A stretch of DNA of 35,838 nt. Origin: Sphaeroforma arctica JP610. Lineage: Eukaryota. The position numbers were made by a program, and so were the translations under genes. The stretch lies in NCBI RefSeq assembly GCF_001186125.1, contig NW_014040464.1, forward strand, positions 3,564 to 39,401, in the 5' to 3' direction. The notes beneath the pieces were generated by a model. That model was not told the DNA's origin. It saw only the letters and a list, made by a program, of their open reading frames with translations, and did no database searches. Below, piece after piece: positions 34,867-35,838 of the stretch (its first letter is position 1; every line of letters starts with the position of its first letter).

Positions 34867-35763
34867 AGTATGTATGTATATATATATTGATAGGGTGATG
34901 TTTAAGTGTCATTTGTAAATGTTGCGTTTGTAAATTGTTTACTGATTGTGTCATACGTAGGTATCGACAGTAAGATTGACACGTCTATTTGCATATGTAC
35001 ACGGATATCTAGAAGGAAGAAATCTATGTACATTAACGATTATAACGATGACAAAGAACATTGTCAAAGTAAGGAAATGTGAAATTTATTTATTTTTTCT
35101 GCAGTCTGTACTTCGTATGCGTCCTATGTGTAGGTATCAGTTATATGATTGTCAAGCGCACGAGATTCGTTGATCTTAGCGCTTTGTCACTTTACTATTA
35201 AATCAAATGTAGTCTGGATATTGTGCACATCCTTAGCCGGGGTTACTTTATTGCTATAACTACAGGACGACGACAATGGCAAACCGATGATGATCAGGAA
35301 AGTCATCCAGGGAGTGAAGGATCAACAAAGTATGTGTGTTGTCCGTGATATATATGTGATAGCAATTCTGGCTGTGACGAAGTGCGCGTATGGCTATTGA
35401 TTGTTGCTGATTTATGTCTTCGTATATGTATCATCGAATAAAATTTATGTTTTCGTGTCAATATAGGACCGGCTGATTAGTACGTATAGTGGAGCATTGC
35501 GGTATTGAACAGGCCTGGATGAAGGTTTGAATGTGAAGCTTCCAACGTAGTTCAATACACACCTAGAGATCCTCAAAGTGACTCGACATGTATGAATGCC
35601 TAATATCATGATGTTTTATTCGCACCTCTTAACGTGATAGAAATCAAAGAACGCGAGGAAAAGCGAAAGAAGCGACACGACAAACTAATGGACGACGAAG
35701 TAGGTGTCTCTGATGAGGACGACTTCTCATCTGACGAGGAAGAGAACGACGACGGCCCAGACG
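26518..35763 (+). CDS. CLSPN: Claspin/Mrc1-like DNA replication checkpoint mediator, at least 14 exons, 3'-partial (more than 1227 aa in window)
   Basis: Phase-consistent exons: 26518-28062, 28759-28785, 29464-29521, 29799-30017, 30639-30760, 31102-31250 (GC donor), 31518-31623, 32065-32131, 32317-32396, 32847-33031, 33466-33693, 34060-34768, 35266-35329, 35641-35763. Acidic low-complexity protein with Claspin-ordered motifs: QLARDHQRMIR (cf. LHSETQRLIR), RALKKHLLAMA followed by an acidic tract, FVDENGYF (cf. LLDADGFL), an SQ/TQ cluster with three internal repeats, and KLMDDEVGVSDEDD (cf. YLEDEAEVSGSD). Comparison motifs are recalled, not searched. An in-frame ATG at 26479 abuts a TA run and is less likely. 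Confidence 0.7.
30914..30988 (+). other. duplicated upstream copy of Claspin-like exon 6 ending in a stop codon (candidate alternative terminal or poison exon)
   Basis: GCACAG|AAGTTCAGC reads KFSLPSTSTVTPELIVASLARTEP*; GTACAG|AAGTTCAGC at 31102 reads KFSVPFNITSELVIASTGKE. Both are phase 0. Confidence 0.7.
32643..32765. repeat. 14-bp intronic tandem repeat, about 9 copies
   Basis: Unit CCTTAGTACTACC(A/T), containing the palindrome TAGTACTA. Confidence 0.95.
33700..33883. repeat. 33-45-bp imperfect intronic tandem repeat, about 5 copies
   Basis: Core CACTTCTCTATTGAT(G/C)ATGTGCTATATA(T)AGTC repeated directly after the donor at 33694. Confidence 0.85.
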
Positions 35764-35805
35764 GTAAGTGTACCAAGATACATAAACATTCACTTATTTA
35801 TACCG

Positions 35806-35838
<33 letters not shown>

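Overview
Eukaryotic genomic DNA from a draft assembly with four N gaps, GT-AG introns (GTATGT/GTACGT/GTAAGT donors, CTRAC-type branch sites) and many (TA)n tracts. Gene content fits a unicellular opisthokont, possibly a holozoan such as an ichthyosporean; this is inference only. Four protein-coding genes can be reconstructed by hand with consistent splice phases. (1) The last two coding exons of a coronin-7/POD-1-like gene (+, stop at 963), followed by an 83-bp tandem array. (2) An intronless 1449-aa ORF (+, 5348-9697) for a probably secreted protein: G[YF]D/acidic N-terminus, Cys-rich module, 7-blade FG-GAP propeller of the type common in prokaryotes, and about 8 Cna-B/carboxypeptidase-regulatory-like beta-sandwich repeats, with no membrane anchor. 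(3) A 14-exon Sec16 gene (-, 25270-11321, about 2419 aa). (4) A divergently transcribed Claspin/Mrc1-like gene (+, from about 26518, running off the window). The most notable observations are the intronless FG-GAP adhesin-like gene (possible horizontal acquisition), a tandemly duplicated Claspin exon whose upstream copy ends in a stop, and three divergent 'LSMAFG' repeats where Claspin normally carries Chk1-binding motifs. No CRISPR array, RNA gene or intact mobile element is supportable.
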